Shown here: positions 20,879 through 30,400 of the stretch, piece after piece
Position numbering within the stretch: the first letter of the stretch is position 1
Layout of the letters: every line of letters begins with the position of its first letter
Origin: Sedimentisphaerales bacterium
Lineage (GTDB): Bacteria > Planctomycetota > Phycisphaerae > Sedimentisphaerales > Anaerobacaceae
Assembly: GCA_963708075.1 (NCBI GenBank)
Contig: OY970194.1
Coordinates: 7,360,001-7,424,000 of the forward strand
Direction: 5' to 3'
DNA length: 64,000 nucleotides
Position numbers and translations under genes: made by a program
Notes under the pieces: model-generated
Seen by the model: only the letters and a program-made list of their open reading frames with translations
Told to the model about the DNA's origin: nothing
The model's database searches: none

Positions 20879-22099
20879 ATGGCGGTAAAGAGAATCGCGG
20901 AAAGAGCCCTGGAGCAGGGCGGTGGCATTTTGCGTCTGGCGCCGAACTGGGTGCCTCGGTCGTTCTGCGTGCCGGGGCGGCGGATCAAGCTGCATCCGGA
21001 CGATTACTATGCGATGGGCGGCGAGCGGGGCGGCATTGACGAACGTTGGTTCGCCTCGACAACGCCGGCCGACAACGGGCCATTGACCTCGCCCAACGAG
21101 GGACTCAGCTTCATCGTCTTTGAGCACGCCGGCAAAACCGAGCGAATCCTCCTGCGCGATGCCATCGAGGAGCTCCAGGGCGAGATCATCGGGCCGCGAA
21201 TCTGGAAGAAGCACGGGCGCTGGCCCATGTACTCGAAGTTCTTCGATAACAAGGGCGCTTTGCCGCACCATATTCACCACCGCGACAAACACGCCAAGCT
21301 CACGGGCCAGCTCGGCAAGCCCGAAGCGTACTACTTCCCGCCCCAGGCCAACAACCATGGCGGTGATTTCCCCTACACCTTCTTCGGCCTCAACCCCGGT
21401 GTGACCAAAGACCAGGTCCGCAAGGCACTGCTGGACGGTGCAGAGGGCAGAGACAACTCGATCACGTCTCTGGCTCCGGCTTACCGGCTCGATGTCGGGA
21501 CCGGATGGGACGTTCCGCCGGGCGTTCTTCACGCCCCGGGCAGCCTGTGCACGTATGAGCCGCAGAAGGCCTCAGACGTCTTTGCCATGTACGAGAACGT
21601 TACCCACGACCAGGTCGTGCCCAAAGAACTGTTGTGGAAGGATACGCCGAAGAATAAGAAAGGCAACGTCGATTGGCTGCTCAGCGTCATTGACTGGGAG
21701 CTCAATGTCGATCCGGATTTCGTGAAGAATCGCTTCATGCGGCCGAAGCCCGTGTACCCCGTGAAAGAGATGGAAAAGCAGGGCTTCATCGAGAACTGGA
21801 TCTGCTACAAGTCCGACGCCTTCAGCGCCAAGGAGCTGACGGTCCTGCCGGGCGCGACGGTGACGATCAAGGATGGCGGCGCCTACGGCTTCATCATGAT
21901 GCAGGGTCACGGCACGATGGGTGTCTGGGACATTGAGACCCCGACGATGATCCGCTACGGCCAGCTCACGTTTGACGAGTTCTTCGTCACCGAGCAGGCC
22001 GCCAGAGGGGGCGTCACGATCACGAACACCTCCGGGGCCGATCCCATCGTCATGCTCAAGCACTTTGGGCCCGGCAATCCGGACCTGAAGATCGAATAG
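20879..22099 (+). CDS. Phosphomannose-isomerase-like bicupin protein
   Basis: 'KFFD...LPHHIH','GKPEAYYF','VPPGVLHA','YEPQKASD'. Confidence 0.7.
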   Translation: MAVKRIAERALEQGGGILRLAPNWVPRSFCVPGRRIKLHPDDYYAMGGERGGIDERWFASTTPADNGPLTSPNEGLSFIVFEHAGKTERILLRDAIEELQGEIIGPRIWKKHGRWPMYSKFFDNKGALPHHIHHRDKHAKLTGQLGKPEAYYFPPQANNHGGDFPYTFFGLNPGVTKDQVRKALLDGAEGRDNSITSLAPAYRLDVGTGWDVPPGVLHAPGSLCTYEPQKASDVFAMYENVTHDQVVPKELLWKDTPKNKKGNVDWLLSVIDWELNVDPDFVKNRFMRPKPVYPVKEMEKQGFIENWICYKSDAFSAKELTVLPGATVTIKDGGAYGFIMMQGHGTMGVWDIETPTMIRYGQLTFDEFFVTEQAARGGVTITNTSGADPIVMLKHFGPGNPDLKIE

Positions 22100-22126
22100 T
22101 GTCATGGCCGGCGTTCGAACGTCAAT

Positions 22127-22163
22127 GGAAAGGTGCGCCCGACGCAGCGCACCTTTCCTTTTT
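22127..22163 (+). terminator. Intrinsic terminator
   Basis: GGAAAGGTGCGC-loop-GCGCACCTTTCC followed by TTTTT. Confidence 0.65.
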
Positions 22164-22181
22164 GGAGGGCAGGGAGCCGAC

Positions 22182-23144
22182 GTGAGTCCGGAGCCCATCT
22201 ACATCCAGATCAGCAAGGTGGATAACATCCGGCATGCATATCTCGGCCTGGAAGGGACGGTCCTGCTGTTCGGACAGAGGCAGGGAGCGACCGATTCCGA
22301 GCTGCAGATTCCCGTGGAGCTCGCCACGATCAGCGAGGGCCGGCGATTCAAAGGCTCGCGTCTGATCGCGGCGCTGCTATCCTTATTGCTGCCGCTGTTG
22401 GTTGTGGGTCTTTTCTATGGGCTGACCGTCGGTTTCGCGTCGAACGAGGACGCGGCCGCTGCCGCCGAGCCTGCGATCCTTGGCCTCTTTGCCTTGGGCA
22501 CTTGTCTCATCGGCCTGATTGCATTCCTCATTCTGCTGGTCATGTTCTTCTTTCGGGTCAAGACGGTGCGGCTGATCGTCGAGCCGAGCGGCACTCTCAT
22601 CGAGTTCTATAAGCACCGCCGGCAGGCCGGCGAGATCGATGGGTTTATCGAGCAGGTTCACCAGCGGCAGGCCCTTGTAAGTGAGTCATTGGCCGGCGCG
22701 GCCAAGAGGCCCGTGGGCTTCGCCAAGGAGCACTCCGTTCTCCCGAAGCTGGCGGCATTTCTTTGGATCGCCGCGATGCCGGCCGTGATTACGGAGCAGC
22801 CGTTGCTGCTGGTCCTGCCTCTTGGTGTGCTGGGTTGGTTTGCCTGGCGGCAGATTCAGTATCAGAGACAGCCGTGGGAGTATCGCCAGGCCGTTCGCAG
22901 CTATCTCCGCGGCGATCTCGATAGTGCCATCGACGCACTGCAGAGCCTGCGGCAGCGCCTGGCCGATTATGTCCCCGCGTACTTTTTCCTGGCGGAGGTG
23001 TTTACCCGCACCGGCCGGTTCGAGGAGGCCCTGGACATGGCGTCGTACCTGTCGGGCGATTACCCCGATCTGGCCCGGCAGATGCAGAGCGACATCTGGC
23101 TGTTCAAGCGGATTCACCAGCGGCGTCAAGGCGAGGCACTTTGA
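22182..23144 (+). CDS. Membrane protein with C-terminal TPR-like helices
   Basis: About 4 hydrophobic segments; TPR-like 'AYFFLAEVFTRTGRFEEAL'; GTG start after GGGAG. Confidence 0.6.
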   Translation: MSPEPIYIQISKVDNIRHAYLGLEGTVLLFGQRQGATDSELQIPVELATISEGRRFKGSRLIAALLSLLLPLLVVGLFYGLTVGFASNEDAAAAAEPAILGLFALGTCLIGLIAFLILLVMFFFRVKTVRLIVEPSGTLIEFYKHRRQAGEIDGFIEQVHQRQALVSESLAGAAKRPVGFAKEHSVLPKLAAFLWIAAMPAVITEQPLLLVLPLGVLGWFAWRQIQYQRQPWEYRQAVRSYLRGDLDSAIDALQSLRQRLADYVPAYFFLAEVFTRTGRFEEALDMASYLSGDYPDLARQMQSDIWLFKRIHQRRQGEAL

Positions 23145-24330
23145 TTCTGGCACCGCATCGCGGGCATTTTCCTGTCGCCCCGGCGTACCGGGCCGGGACC
23201 TTGATGTCCTTGCCGCAATGACATCGCAGTCGGATGTGCCCGTCGCCTTCAGATTTCAAATTCCGGATTTTGAAATCCCTGCCGGGGCGGGTATCCGGGA
23301 CTCGGACCTTTGCCTTGCAGTGCGGGCATGTGACGAGCTGGCCTGCGTACTGCCGCGTCGCCCGGATACACTTGCCGCACGCGCAGCCGACGACAACGAG
23401 ATTGTCACCCGCCGAAGCGCGTGCGACCTCCCCTGTAATGGGGTCGATCAGGGGGATAGGTTTCAATGGCGGTGGCAATGACGCCGGTGAAGGCGTCGGC
23501 GAGGGTGGTGTTGAGGCCGTCGCCTCCTGCTCCTTCAGCTCTCTCATCAGCGGTGTGAGGGGATTGTAGTATTCCTCGTAGCGATCCTTCCCGCCATGTT
23601 TTCGCTCCTGCCAGGCCTGCCACAGGGACTTCTCATATCTTTCCATCGTGATCCAGCCCTTGTAGCACAGGAGAAACGCGATACCGAACCCCGCGCCAAA
23701 ACCGCCCAGGTGGGCGAAATAGGCGACATCCTCGCCGCCACCGATCGCGCCAACGATGTCCCAGAACAGCCAGAAGAGGATGAGCCAGATACCGCTCACG
23801 TCAAACCACCGCACATACGGAACGATGAACCAGAATGCGAACAGGCAGGTGATCTCGTTTTCATAGAAGAGGACCAGGTACATTCCGACCACGCCGTTGA
23901 TGGCGCCGCTGGCTCCAAGCGCGGGACCGGGACTGAACAGCAGATGAGTCACGCCGGCGGCCACCCCGAGAAGAACGTACAGGAGGAGGTACTTCAGGTT
24001 GCCCAGCTTCGCGCAGACGGCATTGCCGAAGAGCCAGAGAAAGAACATGTTCCCGATCAGGTGGAAAAGTCCGCCGTGCAGCCACATGTAGCCGAAGAGC
24101 CCCTTGAGTCCCCAGCCTTTCAGCATCAGGTCTCCGGTGATGCCGGGGACTGCCATCTCGCTCTTCCCTTCGGGCACGCGATGCTCGACACGGCTGCTCT
24201 GTTCCGCTATTTCCACAAAGTCGGGCACCTGGAGGCAGAAGACACCGATGGTGGCCAGGATGATCAGCCAGTTGACGACCGGCCATCGGTCCTGCGGCAC
24301 ATCTACTGTCCATGGTATGAGGAGAAACAT
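23104..24330 (-). CDS. Rhomboid intramembrane serine protease with two C-terminal Zn ribbons
   Basis: 'HLIGNM','GASG','AHLGG'; 'CACGK..CPHC' and 'CHCGK..CPRC'. Confidence 0.9.
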   Translation of the reverse strand: MFLLIPWTVDVPQDRWPVVNWLIILATIGVFCLQVPDFVEIAEQSSRVEHRVPEGKSEMAVPGITGDLMLKGWGLKGLFGYMWLHGGLFHLIGNMFFLWLFGNAVCAKLGNLKYLLLYVLLGVAAGVTHLLFSPGPALGASGAINGVVGMYLVLFYENEITCLFAFWFIVPYVRWFDVSGIWLILFWLFWDIVGAIGGGEDVAYFAHLGGFGAGFGIAFLLCYKGWITMERYEKSLWQAWQERKHGGKDRYEEYYNPLTPLMRELKEQEATASTPPSPTPSPASLPPPLKPIPLIDPITGEVARASAGDNLVVVGCACGKCIRATRQYAGQLVTCPHCKAKVRVPDTRPGRDFKIRNLKSEGDGHIRLRCHCGKDIKVPARYAGATGKCPRCGARIKVPRLDAAGESA

Positions 24331-24569
24331 CGGTCTCCTTCCTCCTGAGGCACCACACCTGCGGCTTCACACTCCAGCCGCATTGTACCAGGAACACACT
24401 CCGGAATACAGGCGCAAGCCCCTTTCTTCAGCGGCGGACCGCTTGTCGAATCCACGCCGTCCTTATGGAAAGGACGCTCAGCGACTGCGATTCTTCACGC
24501 GTGGGGACCGTTCTTTGAAGAAACAGGCCGGGTGGTGGGCGATACGGGGCAAGGATGAATTCCGCTCCC

Positions 24570-25616
24570 TCACGGGATCAGGTTCTTGCGCACATCCGCC
24601 AGCGGGATCTCGGCGTAGCAAATGGAGGTGTCGGCGGCGCCATAGTATAGCTTCAGCACGTCATCTTCGAACAGGAGCCCGCAACTGAAGACGACGTTTC
24701 CGAAGAAGCCGGAATGTTCGTACGGGGCCTGCGGCTCGAAGAGGGGACTGTCCGATCGTGCAATGATCTTCCACGGCTGCTCGGTGTCGAGCAGGACCGT
24801 GCCGAGACAATAGCGATTGTCTCGATCTGCGCCGTGGTAAATCTCAAGCCAGCCTTCGTCAATGCGGAAGGGCGCTGCGCCGGCTCCGATGCGGATCTCG
24901 TCCCACATCCCGTCTCGTGTACCCATCAGGCGGCGGTGATTGCCCCAGCGGACCAGGTCGGGCGATTCGGCGAGCCAGATGTCGTTTCGCCGGAAGAGAG
25001 AGGAGTGTGGGCGGTGCAGTGCGTAGTATTGACCCGCGATGGAGGCCGGGAAAAGGACCACGTCTTTGTTGTCGGGGTGGAAGATGATGCCGTGACGTTC
25101 GAAGGAACCAAAGTCCCGCGTGGAGGCCAGACAGGTGGTGACTCCGAGCGGTGAGACGGCGACATAGTCGATGTAGTACACGCCGTCAATTTGCGTGATC
25201 CGTGGGTCCTCGATGCCGAACGTTTCGTACTCGTTGGCGGCATGGATCGCCGGTGCGTCGGCCACCTGGAATCGAATGCCGTCGGTGCTGCGAGCCAGAC
25301 GCAGATGCGAGATCGACGTCAGGTACGTTTCCTTCGACCGGACGATCAGACGCGGGTCCAGGAAATCGTTCCGGGGATCATCTCGCGAAAATGGCTTGGC
25401 GACAATCTCATGGCGATCCACATCATAGATCGGACTCAGGACGATGTTGACATCACGGTTGATCGGCCGCTCGGCCACACGCAACAGGAGAAGCACCTCG
25501 TCATCATATCGAGCCACTGCCGCATTGAAAACGCCAATGACTTCGAAATCCTGCCGTGAGGGCTTCACGTCCTCGGGCCGAAGGATCGGATTCTCTACCG
25601 CACGAACAATCGCCAT
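24570..25616 (-). CDS. GH130 beta-mannoside phosphorylase/glycosidase
   Basis: 'GVFNAA','GIEDPRIT','NKDVVLFP','LHRP','IYHG','YYGAAD'. Confidence 0.9.
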   Translation of the reverse strand: MAIVRAVENPILRPEDVKPSRQDFEVIGVFNAAVARYDDEVLLLLRVAERPINRDVNIVLSPIYDVDRHEIVAKPFSRDDPRNDFLDPRLIVRSKETYLTSISHLRLARSTDGIRFQVADAPAIHAANEYETFGIEDPRITQIDGVYYIDYVAVSPLGVTTCLASTRDFGSFERHGIIFHPDNKDVVLFPASIAGQYYALHRPHSSLFRRNDIWLAESPDLVRWGNHRRLMGTRDGMWDEIRIGAGAAPFRIDEGWLEIYHGADRDNRYCLGTVLLDTEQPWKIIARSDSPLFEPQAPYEHSGFFGNVVFSCGLLFEDDVLKLYYGAADTSICYAEIPLADVRKNLIP

Positions 25617-26055
25617 CTTTGAAACCCCCATAGATCCACTCGGTCGCCGATAGCATGAAAGTCGTCTTCTTCCAAGCCTATCGGCGGAGCCTCGTTTCTG
25701 CAAGAGCGATTGTGGCGTACGCCAGGGCTTACGCATCTAAATTGGAATCGGGCTTCTTGCCCGCGAAAACGCCTATCGGACGCTCACAAGTTCGGTGGCC
25801 CGGCCGATCCGTGATCCGAGCTTTCCGCGTTTCCGCGCCAATAGTCAGCGTCGAACAATTTAGATGCGATAGCCCTGTGGCGTACGCGAACATGAAGAAA
25901 GGGAGAGACGGACTGCATGTCCATCTCTCCCCTTCGGTTCGAGCGTCTCAGAGGTCGCAGGCACCGCCGGCATGCCCGTCTCTTTTCATAGCCCCGATCC
26001 CTACTGCCGGACTGGCGCCGTGCGGCAACTGAGCTGTTCCATCAGCCTGGCTCGA

Positions 26056-26520
26056 TTACAGAGGCTTGACTTTGATCTTCACGGTGGCGACCTGAACGTC
26101 CTTGGTCCCAGCGGGCTGGCCGGTCAGATTCGCATTACTCAACGTTGCGCACACCTTCACTGTCGTGCTGCCGGAGTTGCAGTCGGTGGGATCCAGAGTG
26201 ACGGAGTAGCTCCCATCGATGGCGCCGGTCTTCGTGATGCTGGCGCTCAGAGTCAGGTTGAAGTTGCTCTCGACGGCCATGTCGGTGCAACCTTTGAACT
26301 TGTGGATATCCTGCTCATCCTGAACCAACTTGATTCTCAGCGAGCTCTGATTCTTGATGCGGACAAAGTACCCAACGTCCATCACAACCGGAATCGTAGT
26401 GATCTCGAGTGCGACGAACTGGCAAGGCCATTCATGTGTTTTGATCTCGCCTGCCTGCGCGCTGACCGCCAACATGGCCAAGACGGCGACAGTAGTAACA
26501 AATCCCTTCATCATCTTCAC
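26056..26520 (-). CDS. Secreted all-beta hypothetical protein (pilin-like)
   Basis: Signal peptide ending AQA; 4 Cys; alternating C-terminal strand 'VATVKIKVKP'. Confidence 0.65.
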   Translation of the reverse strand: MKMMKGFVTTVAVLAMLAVSAQAGEIKTHEWPCQFVALEITTIPVVMDVGYFVRIKNQSSLRIKLVQDEQDIHKFKGCTDMAVESNFNLTLSASITKTGAIDGSYSVTLDPTDCNSGSTTVKVCATLSNANLTGQPAGTKDVQVATVKIKVKPL

Positions 26521-27475
26521 TCCCTTTCCAAGCTTTACTCTCGCTCCAGGCGGGCCGGTCCGGCCCGGGAGCTATCTCCAATGATTGGCGGCTCGGCTAT
26601 GCGATGCCGCACCGTACTTCTCAGCGGGCAATGCTGCGTTTCACGATCTGTTCGGATTGCCCGTTTCCCGCGCGAACAGCCGCGGCCCCGAATGCACCTG
26701 AGTGTTGCCTGCGATTCTCGCTCTCACTCGGCATTTGTCTTTCATTATTGCCATCCAAAGAGGGGGGGCCAACATCCTCGGATGAGCCGCGGGCCTTCAG
26801 CAGCTCGCGACATGTGCATTGTCGATACTACACCTCCTTTCTCCTTACCTCCCTGAGAGGGCTTTTCAGGGGTCAAACCTTTCCATAGGTCCTGGGTGTA
26901 GACCCTTGGCAGATTACAGAGTATGACTCAGGAAGCAGATGATGGGTCATAATAGAAGAAGAAGTGTTTTGCTGGATACCTCAGTAGACCGATCCAGTGG
27001 TCATTTCCTACCTCCTTGACTCTCTCACCCTGCTACCCAGCGGGCCGGATGCACCACTCGTAGGATGCTTAGCCCGTAGCGACCTGCTTGCTCACCACAG
27101 TTCGCTATGTTGGGTACACTACCACGACATTGCTTGCCGTGTCAAGCGAAATTTCCGATTTTGCCCAAAGTATCTGCGGCAGTTGTCCTGGTCGCCCTGT
27201 ATTACCCATACCACCAATCGATGCGATAGTGATCTGTCACAGCCACAGGCACTCGCACATTTGGGATGTCCATTGCCTCTGGTTTCCCCCGGGCGACAAA
27301 ACGGGGTCGGTCACTTTGGGTCGTTGATTTTAGGACCTCATCTGGTATAATAGGAGATGATCGGTGAACCTGTACGATCGCGGCGGGGTGGAACTGCCTG
27401 TCTGCAGTCGCCCGTGGATGTTGTGCAAGCGGCTTCCAGGCTCTTGCCTTACTATCAATGCTGGAGAGAGGACGA

Positions 27476-30400
27476 ATGATGCGTGGATCAAAAGAGGTCC
27501 CCATTTCCCTCGTGATGTTCATTCTTGGCCTGACGTGTCTTCAGGGGGGTGGTCTCAGGGCCCAGGGTGACGGGCCACCGGTCGTTATCAACGAATTCCT
27601 CGCCTCCAATTCGGGCGATAGATACTTGGACCCGCAGGGTGAGCCGGCCGACTGGGTCGAGCTGTACAACCCGGCAGAGACGCCCATCGATGTCGCAGGG
27701 TGCTACCTGACGGACAACCTGAGTGCGCCCACGAAATGGCAGATTCCCACGGGTAGAGGGGGTGAAACGACCATCCCACCCCACGGGTACCTGCTGATCT
27801 GGGCCGACAAGGACGTGACGGACCCGGGGCTGCATGCCGACTTTTCGCTGGACGCCGATGGGGAGGACCTCGCGGTGTTCGACAACGATGGCGTGACACT
27901 GATTGACAGCGTGACATTCGATCAGCAGATGACGGACGTTTCCTATGGCCGCTTCCCCGACGGCAGCGAGAGCTGGTCCCAGATGACGTTTCCCTCCCCG
28001 GGCCTGGCGAACTTCCGGATCTACCAGGGCTTTGTCAAGGAGCCGAAGTTCAGCTTCGACCATGGCTTCTACGATCGGGAGATTTCCGTCACGATCACCT
28101 GCGAGACCGAAGGGGCGATGATTTACTACACGACCGACGGTACGGACCCGTACTCGGCCACCGCTGCCCGGCCCAGCGCCACGGCGATGGTATACAACGC
28201 GCCGGTGCGGATCAACAGGACCACGTGCCTGCGGGCCAGCGGCATCAAGATCGGCTGGTACGCCTCCCCGATTGAGACGCGCACCTACATCTTCATCGCC
28301 GATGTGATCAAGCAGTCGCCAACGGGAGCATATCCCGGGCGTGGCTGGCCTACCGGCAGCGTCAATGGACAGTCGATAGACTACGGGATGGACCCGGACG
28401 TGGTGAACGATCCGCGATACAAGGATCTGATGGATGACGCACTGCTGGCGATCCCCTCGATCTCTCTCGTGACCGATCCGGCGAATCTCTTCGACTCACA
28501 GAAGGGCATCTACGTCAACGCGCGCATGCAGGGAGAGGCGTGGGAGCGGCCGGTCTCGGTCGAGCTGATTCATCCCGACGACACGGAAGGATTCCAGATC
28601 GACGCCGGCCTGCGGATCCGCGGCGGATACAGCCGCAGCGGCAGCAACCCGAAACATGCGTTTCGCCTGTTCTTCCGCACGGAATATGGTGCATCTACCC
28701 TCAAGTATCCGCTCTTCGGCGATGAGGGTGTCGAGGAGTTCGACGCGATTGACCTGCGGACCAGCCAGAACTACTCCTGGAGTTACGAAGGCGACAGCAG
28801 CCCTCATGACACGTTCGTGCGCGAGGTCTTCTCCCGTGACACCCAGCGCGACATGGGCCAGCCCTACACACGAAGCCGATACTATCATCTCTACATTGAC
28901 GGTCAATATTGGGGCCTTTTTCAGACGCAGGAGCGTTCCGAAGCATCCTACGCCGAGTCGTATTTCGGGCCGGCCCGGGAGGACTACGACATTGTCAAGT
29001 CTCGCGCCGGCAATGGCGGCTACGACGTCGAGGCGACCGACGGCACGCTCGACGCCTGGCGGCGGCTCTGGGACGCGTCCATCGCGGGCTTCAACAACGA
29101 TGCGACGTACTATCGCGTCCAGGGCCTCAACCCGGATGGCACTCCGAACCCGGCCTATGAGAAGCTTCTCGACGTGGACAACCTCATCGATTATATGCTG
29201 TGCACGTACTATGTCGGCGATCCGGACGGCCCGGTCAGCGCCTGGGCCCTGGTCTGCAATAACTTCTATGGCATCTACAATCGCGTCCAGCCCGATGGTT
29301 TCAAGCTCTTCCGGCACGATGCGGAGCACTCCCTGTACGATCCGCAGGAATCGCGCCTGTTTGCGGCATCGACAGTCCGCGTGGGCCAGCAGTTCAACCA
29401 GTCCAATCCCTTGTGGATGCACACGCACCTGATCCTCCATCCCGAGTATCGCATGCGGTTCGCGGACCGCGTGTACGAGTACTTTTTCAACGACGGTCTT
29501 CTGACCCCGGACCAGTGCATCGATCGCTTCATGGCCAGGGCCGAGCAGATCGACATGCCGATCATCGGCGAATCGGCGCGGTGGGGCGACGCCAAGCGTT
29601 CCAAGCCGCGCACGAAGGACGATGACTGGCTGCCGGACATCAATGGGATGGTGCAGGATTACTTCCCGCGGCGGACGACGGTTGTGCTCAATCAGTTCAA
29701 ATCGCAGGGCTGGTACCCGAATGTGGACCCGCCGACACTCACTCCTGGCGGCGGCTATGTAACGACCGGTTCCGCCGTGCAGATGCAATCCTCGCGAGAC
29801 ATTTACTATACGCTCGATGGCGCCGATCCGCGGTTGCCCGAAAAGGCCGGCGCCGCCATGCCGGCAGGGCAGACGATTGTTGCCGAAAATGCGGCGAAAC
29901 GCGTCCTGGTGCCAACGGGGCCGGTCGATGACGCGTGGAGAACGAATATAGACTTCTCCGATGCTTCGTGGATCAGCGGGGCCGGTGGTGTCGGCTATGA
30001 ACGAGGCTCCGGGTATGAGTCCTATTTCAGCATCGACCTTCGCGCTCAGATGTACAATGTGAACGCAGGCTGCTACATCCGCGTTCCCTTCACGATCAGC
30101 GCACAGGATCTCGCCAGCCTTACCAGCCTGACGCTGAGGGTTCGATACGATGACGGCTTCATCGCCTACCTCAACGGCGTCGAGGTCCGGCGGGACATGT
30201 TCAACGGCACACCCGCCTGGAACTCGAGGGCCACCGGCAACCATGATGAAGAGGACGCCGTGACCCTGATGCCCTTCGATCTCACCGGCCACATCGACAA
30301 GCTGCACGCGGGCACGAACCTGCTCGCCATTCATGGCTTGAATTACTCCACCTCAAGCTCCGACTTCCTGATTTCCTTCGATCTGGTCGGTGAGAAGGCA

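Noticed and set aside
23104..23144. 41-bp convergent overlap of two genes
   Set aside because: Common in GC-rich genomes; no further signal
26535..26580. RAGP (SecM-like) arrest motif upstream of the pilin-like gene
   Set aside because: Arises on both strands from a DNA palindrome; no plausible start in that frame
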